From positions 13,174 to 77,173 of the forward strand of contig CACAQC010000001.1 of assembly GCA_902534495.1 (NCBI GenBank): a DNA stretch of 64,000 nucleotides, in the 5' to 3' direction. Shown in pieces: positions 18,443-26,772 of the stretch (its first letter is position 1; each line of letters begins with the position of its first letter). The notes under the pieces were generated by a model. That model was not told the origin of the DNA. It did not search any database and saw only the letters and a program-made list of their open reading frames with translations. Source of the DNA: an uncultured Candidatus Actinomarina sp. Its GTDB lineage: Bacteria; Actinomycetota; Acidimicrobiia; Actinomarinales; Actinomarinaceae. The position numbers and the translations under genes are program-made.

Positions 18443-19543
18443 ATGAATCAAAGAAGATATGATATTGATGCGTTGCGTTCTATAGCAATGTTCCTACTTA
18501 TTTTTTATCATCTTGCAATTTCGTTTACTTCTGTTGCTCCCTACATTGCATTTGTACAAAACAAAAGATTTAACGATGGCGTTTGGGATTTATTAAGCGT
18601 AATGAATTCATGGAGAATACCTCTTGTATTTTTGATTTCGGGAATTGCTTTAAGACTATCTTTTCAAAGGCGAACAAAAATAGAAATGCTTAAAGAAAGA
18701 ATAAAAATTTTAATTATTCCTTATATTTTCGGTACTACAATCTTTGGCACTGCATCACTTGCAATTGCTTTTACTTATTACGAAGGTTGGTCCAGTGATT
18801 ATCTGTGGTTAGGTGTTCTTACGATATTTGATGGCGTTCATTTGTGGTTTTTAAAAAATATATTTATTTATTGTCTTATTCTGATTCCATTTTTAAATCT
18901 AATTTCAAACAAAGCAGATAAGGATACTATACTCTCAAAAATTCTAAACATGCCAGGTGGAGTTTTTGTTTTTTCAATTCCAGTTATACTTGAAGGTCAT
19001 CTACTAAACATTACTGCCTATTCCGAGGTGGTAAACTACGGAAGGTCATATCAAGAGTACGCAAATACAAACCATGGCTTCTTATTAGGGTTCATATGGT
19101 TTTTTCTTGGAATACTTTTAGTTTCCCAAGGTGATACTTTTTGGGAATCAAATAAACGAAATTGGAAAAACCACTTCTTCATTGGTTTTACATTCTATTT
19201 TTACAGATATTTTAATAATTTTGAAGATGGTTTTTCTTTGGATAATCGTTTAATTTCTTTTGAATCGTTTAATTTTATATTTTTAATGTTGGGGTTGGGG
19301 GCTGTTTATCTTAACAAAGACACACCACAATTAACATATTACAAAACAGCGGTTTACCCTGTATATATAGTTCATCTGCCGGTACAAATGGCAGTCATGT
19401 ATTTTTTTGCTGGTATAAACATTCATCCAATAATAAAATTTCCAATTGCTTTATTTTTAATTTGTTTCTTATCTCTAACTATTTATCATGCTGTAAAAAA
19501 TGTTAAACTACTAAGACCCTTGTTTGGTTTAAGGAATAAATAG
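18443..19543 (+). CDS. Acyltransferase_3 family membrane O-acyltransferase (OpgC/MdoC-like)
   Basis: RRYDIDALR, WRIPLVFLISG, HLWFL, YPVYIVH; multiple TM helices. Confidence 0.88.
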   Translation: MNQRRYDIDALRSIAMFLLIFYHLAISFTSVAPYIAFVQNKRFNDGVWDLLSVMNSWRIPLVFLISGIALRLSFQRRTKIEMLKERIKILIIPYIFGTTIFGTASLAIAFTYYEGWSSDYLWLGVLTIFDGVHLWFLKNIFIYCLILIPFLNLISNKADKDTILSKILNMPGGVFVFSIPVILEGHLLNITAYSEVVNYGRSYQEYANTNHGFLLGFIWFFLGILLVSQGDTFWESNKRNWKNHFFIGFTFYFYRYFNNFEDGFSLDNRLISFESFNFIFLMLGLGAVYLNKDTPQLTYYKTAVYPVYIVHLPVQMAVMYFFAGINIHPIIKFPIALFLICFLSLTIYHAVKNVKLLRPLFGLRNK

Positions 19544-19545
19544 GT

Positions 19546-20052
19546 TTGGAAAAAACAAATCTTTTAATTTTTATTCTATTTTTGAACTTATGTTCAACAG
19601 CTAGCAATGAAGGAGTAGCCTCTCTAACAGATACCACGACCACTTCTTTAGTAATTGCAGAAGAAGACTATCCGATTGTTTTAACTCAATGTTTAAATGA
19701 AGAAAAGGATTACAACATTGCAACCCCTTTTGACATACAAGACTTGAAAACAACTATTAGTCAATTAAGTAATACTAAAGATGAGGAGTCACAGCTAGGA
19801 GAAGACATTAATTATTGTATAAATAAATATAATCTGTGGTCAGATTCATCTTCATCAAACCCAGATGATCTTGCAAAACTATATGATGAAAACCTTCAAC
19901 TAGCGAAATGTTTAAGAGAAAAAGGCATCAACGTCTCAGACCCAACTCAACAAGAACCTAAAATAGATTTAAGTGAATTAGATAAATCAAAAGAGGAAAT
20001 TTCTCCATTATTGAAAGAGTGTGGATATGGTGAATTAGGATATGAAAAATAA
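19546..20052 (+). CDS. Putative lipoprotein, Cys-pair repeat family, paralog 1
   Basis: Signal peptide ending LNLC; QCLNEE...YCIN and AKCLREKGINVSDP...KECG repeats. Confidence 0.75.
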   Translation: MEKTNLLIFILFLNLCSTASNEGVASLTDTTTTSLVIAEEDYPIVLTQCLNEEKDYNIATPFDIQDLKTTISQLSNTKDEESQLGEDINYCINKYNLWSDSSSSNPDDLAKLYDENLQLAKCLREKGINVSDPTQQEPKIDLSELDKSKEEISPLLKECGYGELGYEK

Positions 20053-20626
20053 TTGCTTAATAATCTTTATGTCTATTTTGATTGCTGCGTGTTCAGCTCC
20101 AGATAGTTCACAAGGTGTAGTTTCCACAGAAGATCTATCTACAGTCACTACAGTTACAACAATTGTAGAAAATATTATTGAAGATAATTTATCACCTGAA
20201 GATGCTCAGCTTTTAATGGCAAGATGCTTAAGGGACAATGGTTATGACGTCAAAGATCCAAAAAATGATGAAGGTCTTAGAAGTGTTTTAACGCCAATTT
20301 TTCTTGCAGCTAATGAAAAAGGAAGAACAGAACTTTTTGAGACTATTCAAGCATGTGCAGAAGAAAACAATATACCATTAGGAGATAACGCAGATTTTGA
20401 AAATCCAGAAGATGTTGCAGATAGGCTTGATACAGAACTTGAGTTTGCTCAATGTTTGAGGGAAAAAGGCATAGAGGTTGAAGACCCAAGTGCAGACAGA
20501 CCCCTAAGACCAATTCTTGTTGGATTAGTACAGTCTGGACAATATCTTGAAGATCAAATTAGAGAAGCTGCTGCGGAGTGCTTTGATGATCTCGGACTTG
20601 AACCGCCAGAACAAGGTGGAGGATAA
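20042..20626 (+). CDS. Lipoprotein, Cys-pair repeat family, paralog 2
   Basis: Lipobox IAAC; ARCLRDNGYDVKDP...QACA and AQCLREKGIEVEDP...AECF. Confidence 0.8.
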   Translation: MKNNCLIIFMSILIAACSAPDSSQGVVSTEDLSTVTTVTTIVENIIEDNLSPEDAQLLMARCLRDNGYDVKDPKNDEGLRSVLTPIFLAANEKGRTELFETIQACAEENNIPLGDNADFENPEDVADRLDTELEFAQCLREKGIEVEDPSADRPLRPILVGLVQSGQYLEDQIREAAAECFDDLGLEPPEQGGG

Positions 20627-20651
20627 GACTAGGTTTCTTTATAATTTTTCT

Positions 20652-21251
20652 ATGTATAAAAAAGCATCAGTTGTATTTATATTTTTAACAGCATGCTCTT
20701 TTTTTCAACAAGATGAGCAAGCTGTTGTCTCTGTTGCAGATACCGACAAAGGAAAAGAGGCAATTGCTTTGGGTGTTGACTTAGCAGACGAACGCGAAGA
20801 AATTTCAGATGAAGATGCTCCTTTAGTTCTTGTTCAGTGTGTAAACGAGTCTGGTTATAAATTTAAAGAACCAAAAAACTTTTTAGACCTTTACACGACT
20901 ATAGCTTCATATTTTGAGACAATAACTGAACAAGAGGCAGAAGAACTCTGGAGCATTATTGAGGAATGTGCTTTGAAGTATAACTTGTGGGGAGTGGCTG
21001 ATGAAAATCAATTTGAAGACCCTGATCAAGTATCAAAAGAGATTGATAGATCTCTTTTCATGGCTAAATGTTTTCGAGAAAATGGCTACCCAAAAGTACC
21101 TGATCCAGATTACTTTAACAGAGATGTCAGGCTAGATGTTTATATTGATGATGATTGGGAACTGAGAGAAGATGATCCAATTGTACAAACATGGCAAGCA
21201 TGCGAAGAAAAACTTCCAGAGGAATTAAAAGATGATGAGTGGGATGAATAA
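20652..21251 (+). CDS. Lipoprotein, Cys-pair repeat family, paralog 3 (start revised from 20547)
   Basis: MYKKASVVFIFLTAC signal and lipobox; TATAAT 6 nt upstream; VQCVNESGY...EECA and AKCFRENGYPKVPDP...QACE. Confidence 0.8.
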   Translation: MYKKASVVFIFLTACSFFQQDEQAVVSVADTDKGKEAIALGVDLADEREEISDEDAPLVLVQCVNESGYKFKEPKNFLDLYTTIASYFETITEQEAEELWSIIEECALKYNLWGVADENQFEDPDQVSKEIDRSLFMAKCFRENGYPKVPDPDYFNRDVRLDVYIDDDWELREDDPIVQTWQACEEKLPEELKDDEWDE

Positions 21252-21314
21252 AAAACTTAATAAAATAATTTCCCAGAAAGTGTGAGGATTTAATAAACTA
21301 ATTGAATTAGAACA

Positions 21315-22880
21315 ATGTTAAACAATATATTTAAATTAAAAAACTTGTACATATTAATCGCATTAGCCGGTTTAGCTTACGGTGGATTTTATTTTGGCAC
21401 ACAAAATACCGACATAATATCTAATAACAAAACTCTAGAATTAACTACAGTAGCTATAAAAAAGGGTGATTTAGAAAAAAAAGAAGAATACAACGGAACA
21501 CTGAGACAAACAGACAAGAAAGTTTTAAACTCACCAACTAATGGAGTTGTTACTTTTTTACCTAAAGAAGGAACAATAATTAATTTTGGAGAAGTCCTTT
21601 TTATTATTGACAACAAGCCAGTAATACTGCTTGAAGGAAGTACCCCTTTTTATAGAACTCTTGACTTAAATTCAGATCCTGGAAAAGATGTAAAACAAGT
21701 TGAAGAAGCATTAGTTTACTTAGGTTATGCAGAAAGCTCCTTTGTACCAGATGAAATTTTTGATACCGAAACATCTCAAATGCTTAATAGTTTATATATT
21801 GATTATGGAATTGAAACTAAATCAGAGATTACACCCTCCGAACAAGTTTTAATAAATTCGAAAGAAAACGAAATTGAAAATCTTGAAGAGGTAGTTGCTG
21901 ATGGAGGAACAACCCTTAAAGAAGTTGATAATAAGAAAAAATTGTTAGATGATGCAAAAGAAAATGCGACGAAAGAAAATGCTGCCTGGCAGGCTGCAGA
22001 AACAGAAATTGAAAGAATCCGCAACTTAATAGATGAACTTCAGTATGAATCTATGTCCGAATCGACTCGTGCTGGGAAAAAAGCACAATACGAAGAGGAT
22101 ATTAAAGCTCAAGAGCGTATTCAAAGCAGAGAAGCAGGAAAAGATTCTGGAATTGATGCCACAGAAGCTCTAGCAATTGAAAATGCTCAGAAAGCATATG
22201 ACGAAGCTCTCGAATCTTACAATGAAGGTGTTAACAGAGAGGCTGAATTAGATAAAGCCAGAGAAGAACTGGTAGAATTGAAATTAAGCGCTGTATCAGA
22301 AACATTTAGCCCCACTAATGCCTTTGCCTCAAAAACTTCAGTTATTGTGGGATCATATATAAATGATGTCGGATCGGCTGTGGCACTAAATTCACCTCTT
22401 TATAATATTTCTTCAACAGGAATAGAAGTAGTTTTTCAAGTAGATGCCTCAGACCAGGAAACAGTATCTCTTGGAGACAGTGTTCAGATAGAACTTCCAA
22501 CAGATGAACGAGTTCCAACGGTAATCAAATTCATTGATCAAGTTGTAACACAAACGCAGGCAGGAGAATTTATAGAAGTAACATTAGAAGTTCTAAATCC
22601 TGAGGAAATCGAAGCATATGATCAGGCACCTGTGAAAGTATTTGTAACGACCGAAGTTTCTCAGAATGTATTATATGTTCCCGTAAATGCATTACTTGCT
22701 TTGGCAGAAGGTGGCTATGCCTTGGAAGTTTATGATGGAGAAATAGAGGGAGACACCTTTGAGGGTGAGTCTGGGGTTGATACCAGTTATGTTGCTGTTG
22801 AAATAGGAGTCTTTACTGATGGTTTCGTTGAAGTAAAAGGTAACATCTCAGAAGGTCAAATCGTAGTTGTTCCAAGATGA
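21315..22880 (+). CDS. Membrane-fusion/adaptor protein (MacA/YknX-like) with PG-binding-like insert and long coiled coil
   Basis: N-terminal TM, GVVTFLPKEG lipoyl half, GKDVKQVEEALVYLGY, NVLYVPVNAL, VEIGVFTDGFVEV. Confidence 0.85.
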   Translation: MLNNIFKLKNLYILIALAGLAYGGFYFGTQNTDIISNNKTLELTTVAIKKGDLEKKEEYNGTLRQTDKKVLNSPTNGVVTFLPKEGTIINFGEVLFIIDNKPVILLEGSTPFYRTLDLNSDPGKDVKQVEEALVYLGYAESSFVPDEIFDTETSQMLNSLYIDYGIETKSEITPSEQVLINSKENEIENLEEVVADGGTTLKEVDNKKKLLDDAKENATKENAAWQAAETEIERIRNLIDELQYESMSESTRAGKKAQYEEDIKAQERIQSREAGKDSGIDATEALAIENAQKAYDEALESYNEGVNREAELDKAREELVELKLSAVSETFSPTNAFASKTSVIVGSYINDVGSAVALNSPLYNISSTGIEVVFQVDASDQETVSLGDSVQIELPTDERVPTVIKFIDQVVTQTQAGEFIEVTLEVLNPEEIEAYDQAPVKVFVTTEVSQNVLYVPVNALLALAEGGYALEVYDGEIEGDTFEGESGVDTSYVAVEIGVFTDGFVEVKGNISEGQIVVVPR

Positions 22881-23560
22881 AAACCAGTACTAAAACTGTA
22901 ATATCTATAAACAATATTTCCAAAGTATACGAAGGCCCACCACCAGTAAGAGCTTTAGATGATGTATCTCTTGAGGTAGAAGAAGGTGACTTTGTAGCGA
23001 TAGTAGGTCAATCTGGAAGTGGAAAATCTACTTTACTTAACATGATTGGATTATTGGATAGTATAACAGAAGGGTCAATTGAAATTGAAGAAAGTGATGT
23101 TTCGAAACTTTCTGACAATGAACTTTCCAAATTTCGGGGTGAAAAGATAGGATTTATCTTTCAAAGCTTCTTTCTTTTACCTGGGCTAACTGCTCAGGAA
23201 AACGTAGCTGAAGGACTACTTTATCAAGGCATTTCAAGAACAGAAAGGCTAAAAAAAGCAACAGAAGTTTTAGATCAAGTTGGTTTAGGTGATAGATTAA
23301 CTCACCTTCCAAAAGAATTATCTGGTGGACAGCAACAAAGAGTTGCAATTGCAAGAGCACTTGTCCAAGATCCAGCATTTGTATTAGCGGATGAACCAAC
23401 TGGGAATCTGGATAAAGAATCTGGAATAAATATTTTAAACATTTTAAAAGACCTTAATAACCAAGGAAAAACTGTCATAATGATTACCCACAATCAAGAA
23501 CACGCCAATATGTTCAAAAAAGTTATCGAACTAGTAGATGGAAAAATTGTAAGCAAATGA
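22877..23560 (+). CDS. ABC transporter ATP-binding protein (MacB/LolD family)
   Basis: GQSGSGKST, IGFIFQSF, LSGGQQQRVAIARAL, LADEPTGNLD, ITH. Confidence 0.95.
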   Translation: MKTSTKTVISINNISKVYEGPPPVRALDDVSLEVEEGDFVAIVGQSGSGKSTLLNMIGLLDSITEGSIEIEESDVSKLSDNELSKFRGEKIGFIFQSFFLLPGLTAQENVAEGLLYQGISRTERLKKATEVLDQVGLGDRLTHLPKELSGGQQQRVAIARALVQDPAFVLADEPTGNLDKESGINILNILKDLNNQGKTVIMITHNQEHANMFKKVIELVDGKIVSK

Positions 23561-24741
23561 AGAAAAAACGATTAAAAACTAAAGATTTGTTTTTTGTAGC
23601 TTTGTATGGTGTTCGAGCAAGAAAAGGAAGAGCAACACTCACCTCTATAGGAATAGGTATCGGTATTGCGGCAATAGTTGCTGTGTCTGGAATTTCAGCA
23701 TCTGGAAGAGCGGATCTTCTTTCAACTTTAGAATCTCTAGGTACGAATCTAGTCAAAGCATCACCACAAGCTGGATTTTTTGGGACCCAAGAAGAACTCC
23801 CTAAAGGTGTTTTAGGAATGGTTGAAAGAATCGGCCCCGTCCAAGAAGTTACTTCAACTACACAGACAGACTTATTAGTCAGGAGAAGCAATTTTATTTC
23901 TGAATTTGAAGGTGGCGGCATCTCGACAATAATCACTAGTGCAGAACTACTAGATGTTATTGGTGGTGATTTAGCCGATGGAAGATTTATTCAAGATGGA
24001 TTATCTGATATCCCAGTAACAGTTTTAGGAAGTGTAACAGCTCAAAGATTAGGAATTAATAACTTAACTAAGCCAACAAAAATACTAATTGAAAACGAGT
24101 GGTTTGGTGTAGTTGGTATATTAGAAGAGTTAAAAATTCATCCTGACCTAGACAGGTCTGTGTTTATTGGATATGGTGTTGCAAAAACCCTTTTCGACAT
24201 TAACGAAGAACCCACAACTATATATCTTAGAGCTAACCCAACTTTTATTGAGGATGTGGTTGAAGTACTTGCTCCATCGATGAATCCTGAAAATCCTGAC
24301 CAAGTTGAAGTTACGCGTCCGTCAGATGCACTAGAAGCACAACAAGCAGCTGAAGAAGCGTTTACTAATTTATTGTTAGGGTTAGGGTCTGTAGCTTTAC
24401 TTGTTGGAGGGGTTGCTATAGCCAATGTTATGGTCATGTCTGTTCTAGAAAGAAGGATGGAAATTGGAGTTAGACGTTCAATTGGTGCAACAAGAAGAGA
24501 GATTAGATATCAATTTTTATTAGAGAGCATAGTTTTGTCTGGTATTGGAGGTCTTGTAGGGGTTCTTTTGGGTACAGGCATTACACTGGGTTACACTAAT
24601 TACACAAATATTGTATTCTCAATACCAGTATGGCAAATATTCGGCGCAGTGCTTCTAGCACTATTAATTGGAGCAATATCTGGGGTGTATCCAGCAATAA
24701 AAGCTTCCAAAATTCAACCAGCAGAGGCAGTAAGAAAGTAA
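23557..24741 (+). CDS. ABC permease, MacB-PCD/FtsX family
   Basis: LTSIGIGIGIAA, GGVAIANVMVMSVLERRMEIGVRRSIGA, QFLLES, YPAIKASKIQP. Confidence 0.93.
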   Translation: MKKKRLKTKDLFFVALYGVRARKGRATLTSIGIGIGIAAIVAVSGISASGRADLLSTLESLGTNLVKASPQAGFFGTQEELPKGVLGMVERIGPVQEVTSTTQTDLLVRRSNFISEFEGGGISTIITSAELLDVIGGDLADGRFIQDGLSDIPVTVLGSVTAQRLGINNLTKPTKILIENEWFGVVGILEELKIHPDLDRSVFIGYGVAKTLFDINEEPTTIYLRANPTFIEDVVEVLAPSMNPENPDQVEVTRPSDALEAQQAAEEAFTNLLLGLGSVALLVGGVAIANVMVMSVLERRMEIGVRRSIGATRREIRYQFLLESIVLSGIGGLVGVLLGTGITLGYTNYTNIVFSIPVWQIFGAVLLALLIGAISGVYPAIKASKIQPAEAVRK

Positions 24742-25259
24742 GAATACTTCTTTTGTTATCAATTTTTTCTGCATGCACCATTGGTGGTGAAGAGTCACAA
24801 GGTGTTGTGTCTATAGAATCTACAACAGAAACAACAATTGTAGATGAAGAAATAACTTTTGAGGAAGGAGTACTAGATTTTGCGCAATGTATGAGAGAAG
24901 AGGGTATTAATTTTCCAGATCCAACATTCGATATTGATGGGAACCCTCAGTTTGATAATTTAGAAATTGAAAATGAAGAAGAGTTTGAAAGTGCATTTGA
25001 AAACTGTGAAGATATATTAAGAAATGCACTTCCAGAACAATTTGACTTAGACCCAGAGGTTGAAGCCGCTTTGGTTGATGCATCTTTAGAATTTTCTCAA
25101 TGTATGAGAGATCAAGGTATTGACTTTCCCGATCCAAAACCTGGCGAGTTTGGTTTCTTTGCCTTTAGAGATGCAGATATTGACTTTACTTCCGAAGCTG
25201 TGCAAAATGCTTTTGAAATTTGCCAACCTGAAAACCCACTAGAAGATTTAGACGACTAA
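24738..25259 (+). CDS. Lipoprotein, Cys-pair repeat family, paralog 4 (start uncertain; ORF open from 24630)
   Basis: RILLLLSIFSAC lipobox; FAQCMREEGINFPDP...ENCE and FSQCMRDQGIDFPDP...EICQ. Confidence 0.75.
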   Translation, partial: VRILLLLSIFSACTIGGEESQGVVSIESTTETTIVDEEITFEEGVLDFAQCMREEGINFPDPTFDIDGNPQFDNLEIENEEEFESAFENCEDILRNALPEQFDLDPEVEAALVDASLEFSQCMRDQGIDFPDPKPGEFGFFAFRDADIDFTSEAVQNAFEICQPENPLEDLDD

Positions 25260-25750
25260 ATACCAGAATCAAAAAATCTTGGTTGTGTAACTCCAATAGT
25301 TCTCCAACATGGCTTTTCTTCACATAAAGTTTTTTCAAACACCCATGTAACCACAAAATAATTATTGTTTTTAGCCAATACTTTTACTTCATAATGAATA
25401 TTTTCATCACTCTCAAAAATGACCTCGTAAGAATAATCTTTTAGATCAACAATGGAATTGTATGGTTCAGAAGTCAACATCATTGAAAACCTTTCTTTGG
25501 GGCCGGTTGCTTCACGGTTGTCTTCATGTGCATAATTCCATATAGTATCAATTGTTAAAGCTGGATTTTCTGAAAAATTTTTATACGCATCAAATATTTC
25601 AGTTAATATTTCTTCAGATGTTAAAGATTTTGTATCTAAGACTTCATTTACAACAACCGTTTCATTAGAGGAATTTTCTGATACCACACCACCTGTTGGT
25701 CCACATGAAATTACTAAAAGAAAAAAGAGAAGTTTTTTAGCCACCGACAA
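25256..25750 (-). CDS. Lipoprotein, DUF4864-like (NTF2-like)
   Basis: Lipobox VISC; AHEDNREATGPKERFSMML...PY and CWRTIGV resemble DUF4864. Confidence 0.6.
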   Translation of the reverse strand: MSVAKKLLFFLLVISCGPTGGVVSENSSNETVVVNEVLDTKSLTSEEILTEIFDAYKNFSENPALTIDTIWNYAHEDNREATGPKERFSMMLTSEPYNSIVDLKDYSYEVIFESDENIHYEVKVLAKNNNYFVVTWVFEKTLCEEKPCWRTIGVTQPRFFDSGI

Positions 25751-25832
25751 AAGTAGTTATTACAAGGTACACGTGCAATACAAATGCAACAAGCAAGAAC
25801 CCAAAGAATGATTTCTTCTCTACTTTATTCAC
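25737..25832 (-). CDS. 31-aa single-TM small protein (not in ORF track)
   Basis: GTG start, MNKVEKKSFFGFLLVAFVLHVYLVITTFVGG; TAGTAT 6 nt upstream; overlaps next gene start. Confidence 0.5.
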   Translation of the reverse strand: MNKVEKKSFFGFLLVAFVLHVYLVITTFVGG

Positions 25833-25875
25833 AGTTAAATACTAGCAACCAAGTGTTTTTTAGATAAATTAAAGC

Positions 25876-26031
25876 TTACTTGTTTGCTTGTTCGTAAGCT
25901 TGGCTATATAAAATTAAAGTTGGAGCCCATAGACCTACATATATTGCTAATTGTGAGTCATCTAAAACAATATAAATAAGTACAGAAGCTATAACCGATA
26001 CCATACTTGCGTACAATCCTAATTTTGTCAC
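25876..26031 (-). CDS. 51-aa two-TM small protein with GLWAPT motif (not in ORF track)
   Basis: MTKLGLYASMVSVIASVLIYIVLDDSQLAIYVGLWAPTLILYSQAYEQANK; SD GAAAGGGA upstream. Confidence 0.7.
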   Translation of the reverse strand: MTKLGLYASMVSVIASVLIYIVLDDSQLAIYVGLWAPTLILYSQAYEQANK

Positions 26032-26084
26032 ACTATCCCTTTCACAAGATTTAATTATACTACTAATATTTGTTATGATTAATT

Positions 26085-26240
26085 ATGCTAGAAACTCTAA
26101 CATCAAGCCCTTTCACTGTTATATTGTTATTTCCTGTTGTAACACTAACAATATTTGTGGTCGGACTTATCCGAATAGACATAAGGGATTTAAGAGGCCA
26201 AGAAACTGCTGGTCAAAAACTGGCGATAGAAGAAGAGTAA
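26085..26240 (+). CDS. 51-aa single-TM small protein (not in ORF track)
   Basis: MLETLTSSPFTVILLFPVVTLTIFVVGLIRIDIRDLRGQETAGQKLAIEEE; TATGAT 5 nt upstream. Confidence 0.55.
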   Translation: MLETLTSSPFTVILLFPVVTLTIFVVGLIRIDIRDLRGQETAGQKLAIEEE

Positions 26241-26271
26241 TTTGTCTCATTTAGTTGTTTAAATAAAAATT

Positions 26272-26772
26272 GTGGATCGAGAATTTCTAGAAGACTTAGA
26301 TGAAGAGTCCTTGTTCAGGATTCAAAACACTATTTCAGAAATCATAAAAGAAAGAAATTTAAAAAAAGGTGACATTGAAGCAATTGTTGACAACTCTTTT
26401 GATATAGCATTTCCAAAAAACGATAGTTTAGGACTGAATCCTTGGGTTGAAGGCTCGGTGCTTATTTGCCCTGGTGCGAGAATAGACAAAACCCAAACCA
26501 AGCATATATGTAAATTTGTGGTTATTGAAGAAGATTGGTCTTGGGAGTCGGGCCATATGGTAAATGACATTATCAGAAGAGATCAATCTTCCAAGCGTTT
26601 TAAACAACAATCAATAACTTTGATATCTCCATTTGAAGGAATGTCTGTGCAAGTAATTTCACAAAAATCTCAAAATGGAAAACATTTAGTTGATAATGTG
26701 GAGTCTTTTGTTTTTACAAATGGTGGATTAGATAAGGTTATGACCAAATCTAGCAGATCAAGAGAACACTAG
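26272..26772 (+). CDS. Hypothetical soluble protein
   Basis: 166-aa ORF filling a gap, typical composition; no family recognised. Confidence 0.7.
   Translation: MDREFLEDLDEESLFRIQNTISEIIKERNLKKGDIEAIVDNSFDIAFPKNDSLGLNPWVEGSVLICPGARIDKTQTKHICKFVVIEEDWSWESGHMVNDIIRRDQSSKRFKQQSITLISPFEGMSVQVISQKSQNGKHLVDNVESFVFTNGGLDKVMTKSSRSREH

Noticed and set aside
20547-20651. Upstream TTG start for lipoprotein 3
   Set aside because: Overlaps the previous gene; ATG 20652 gives a proper signal peptide and -10 box
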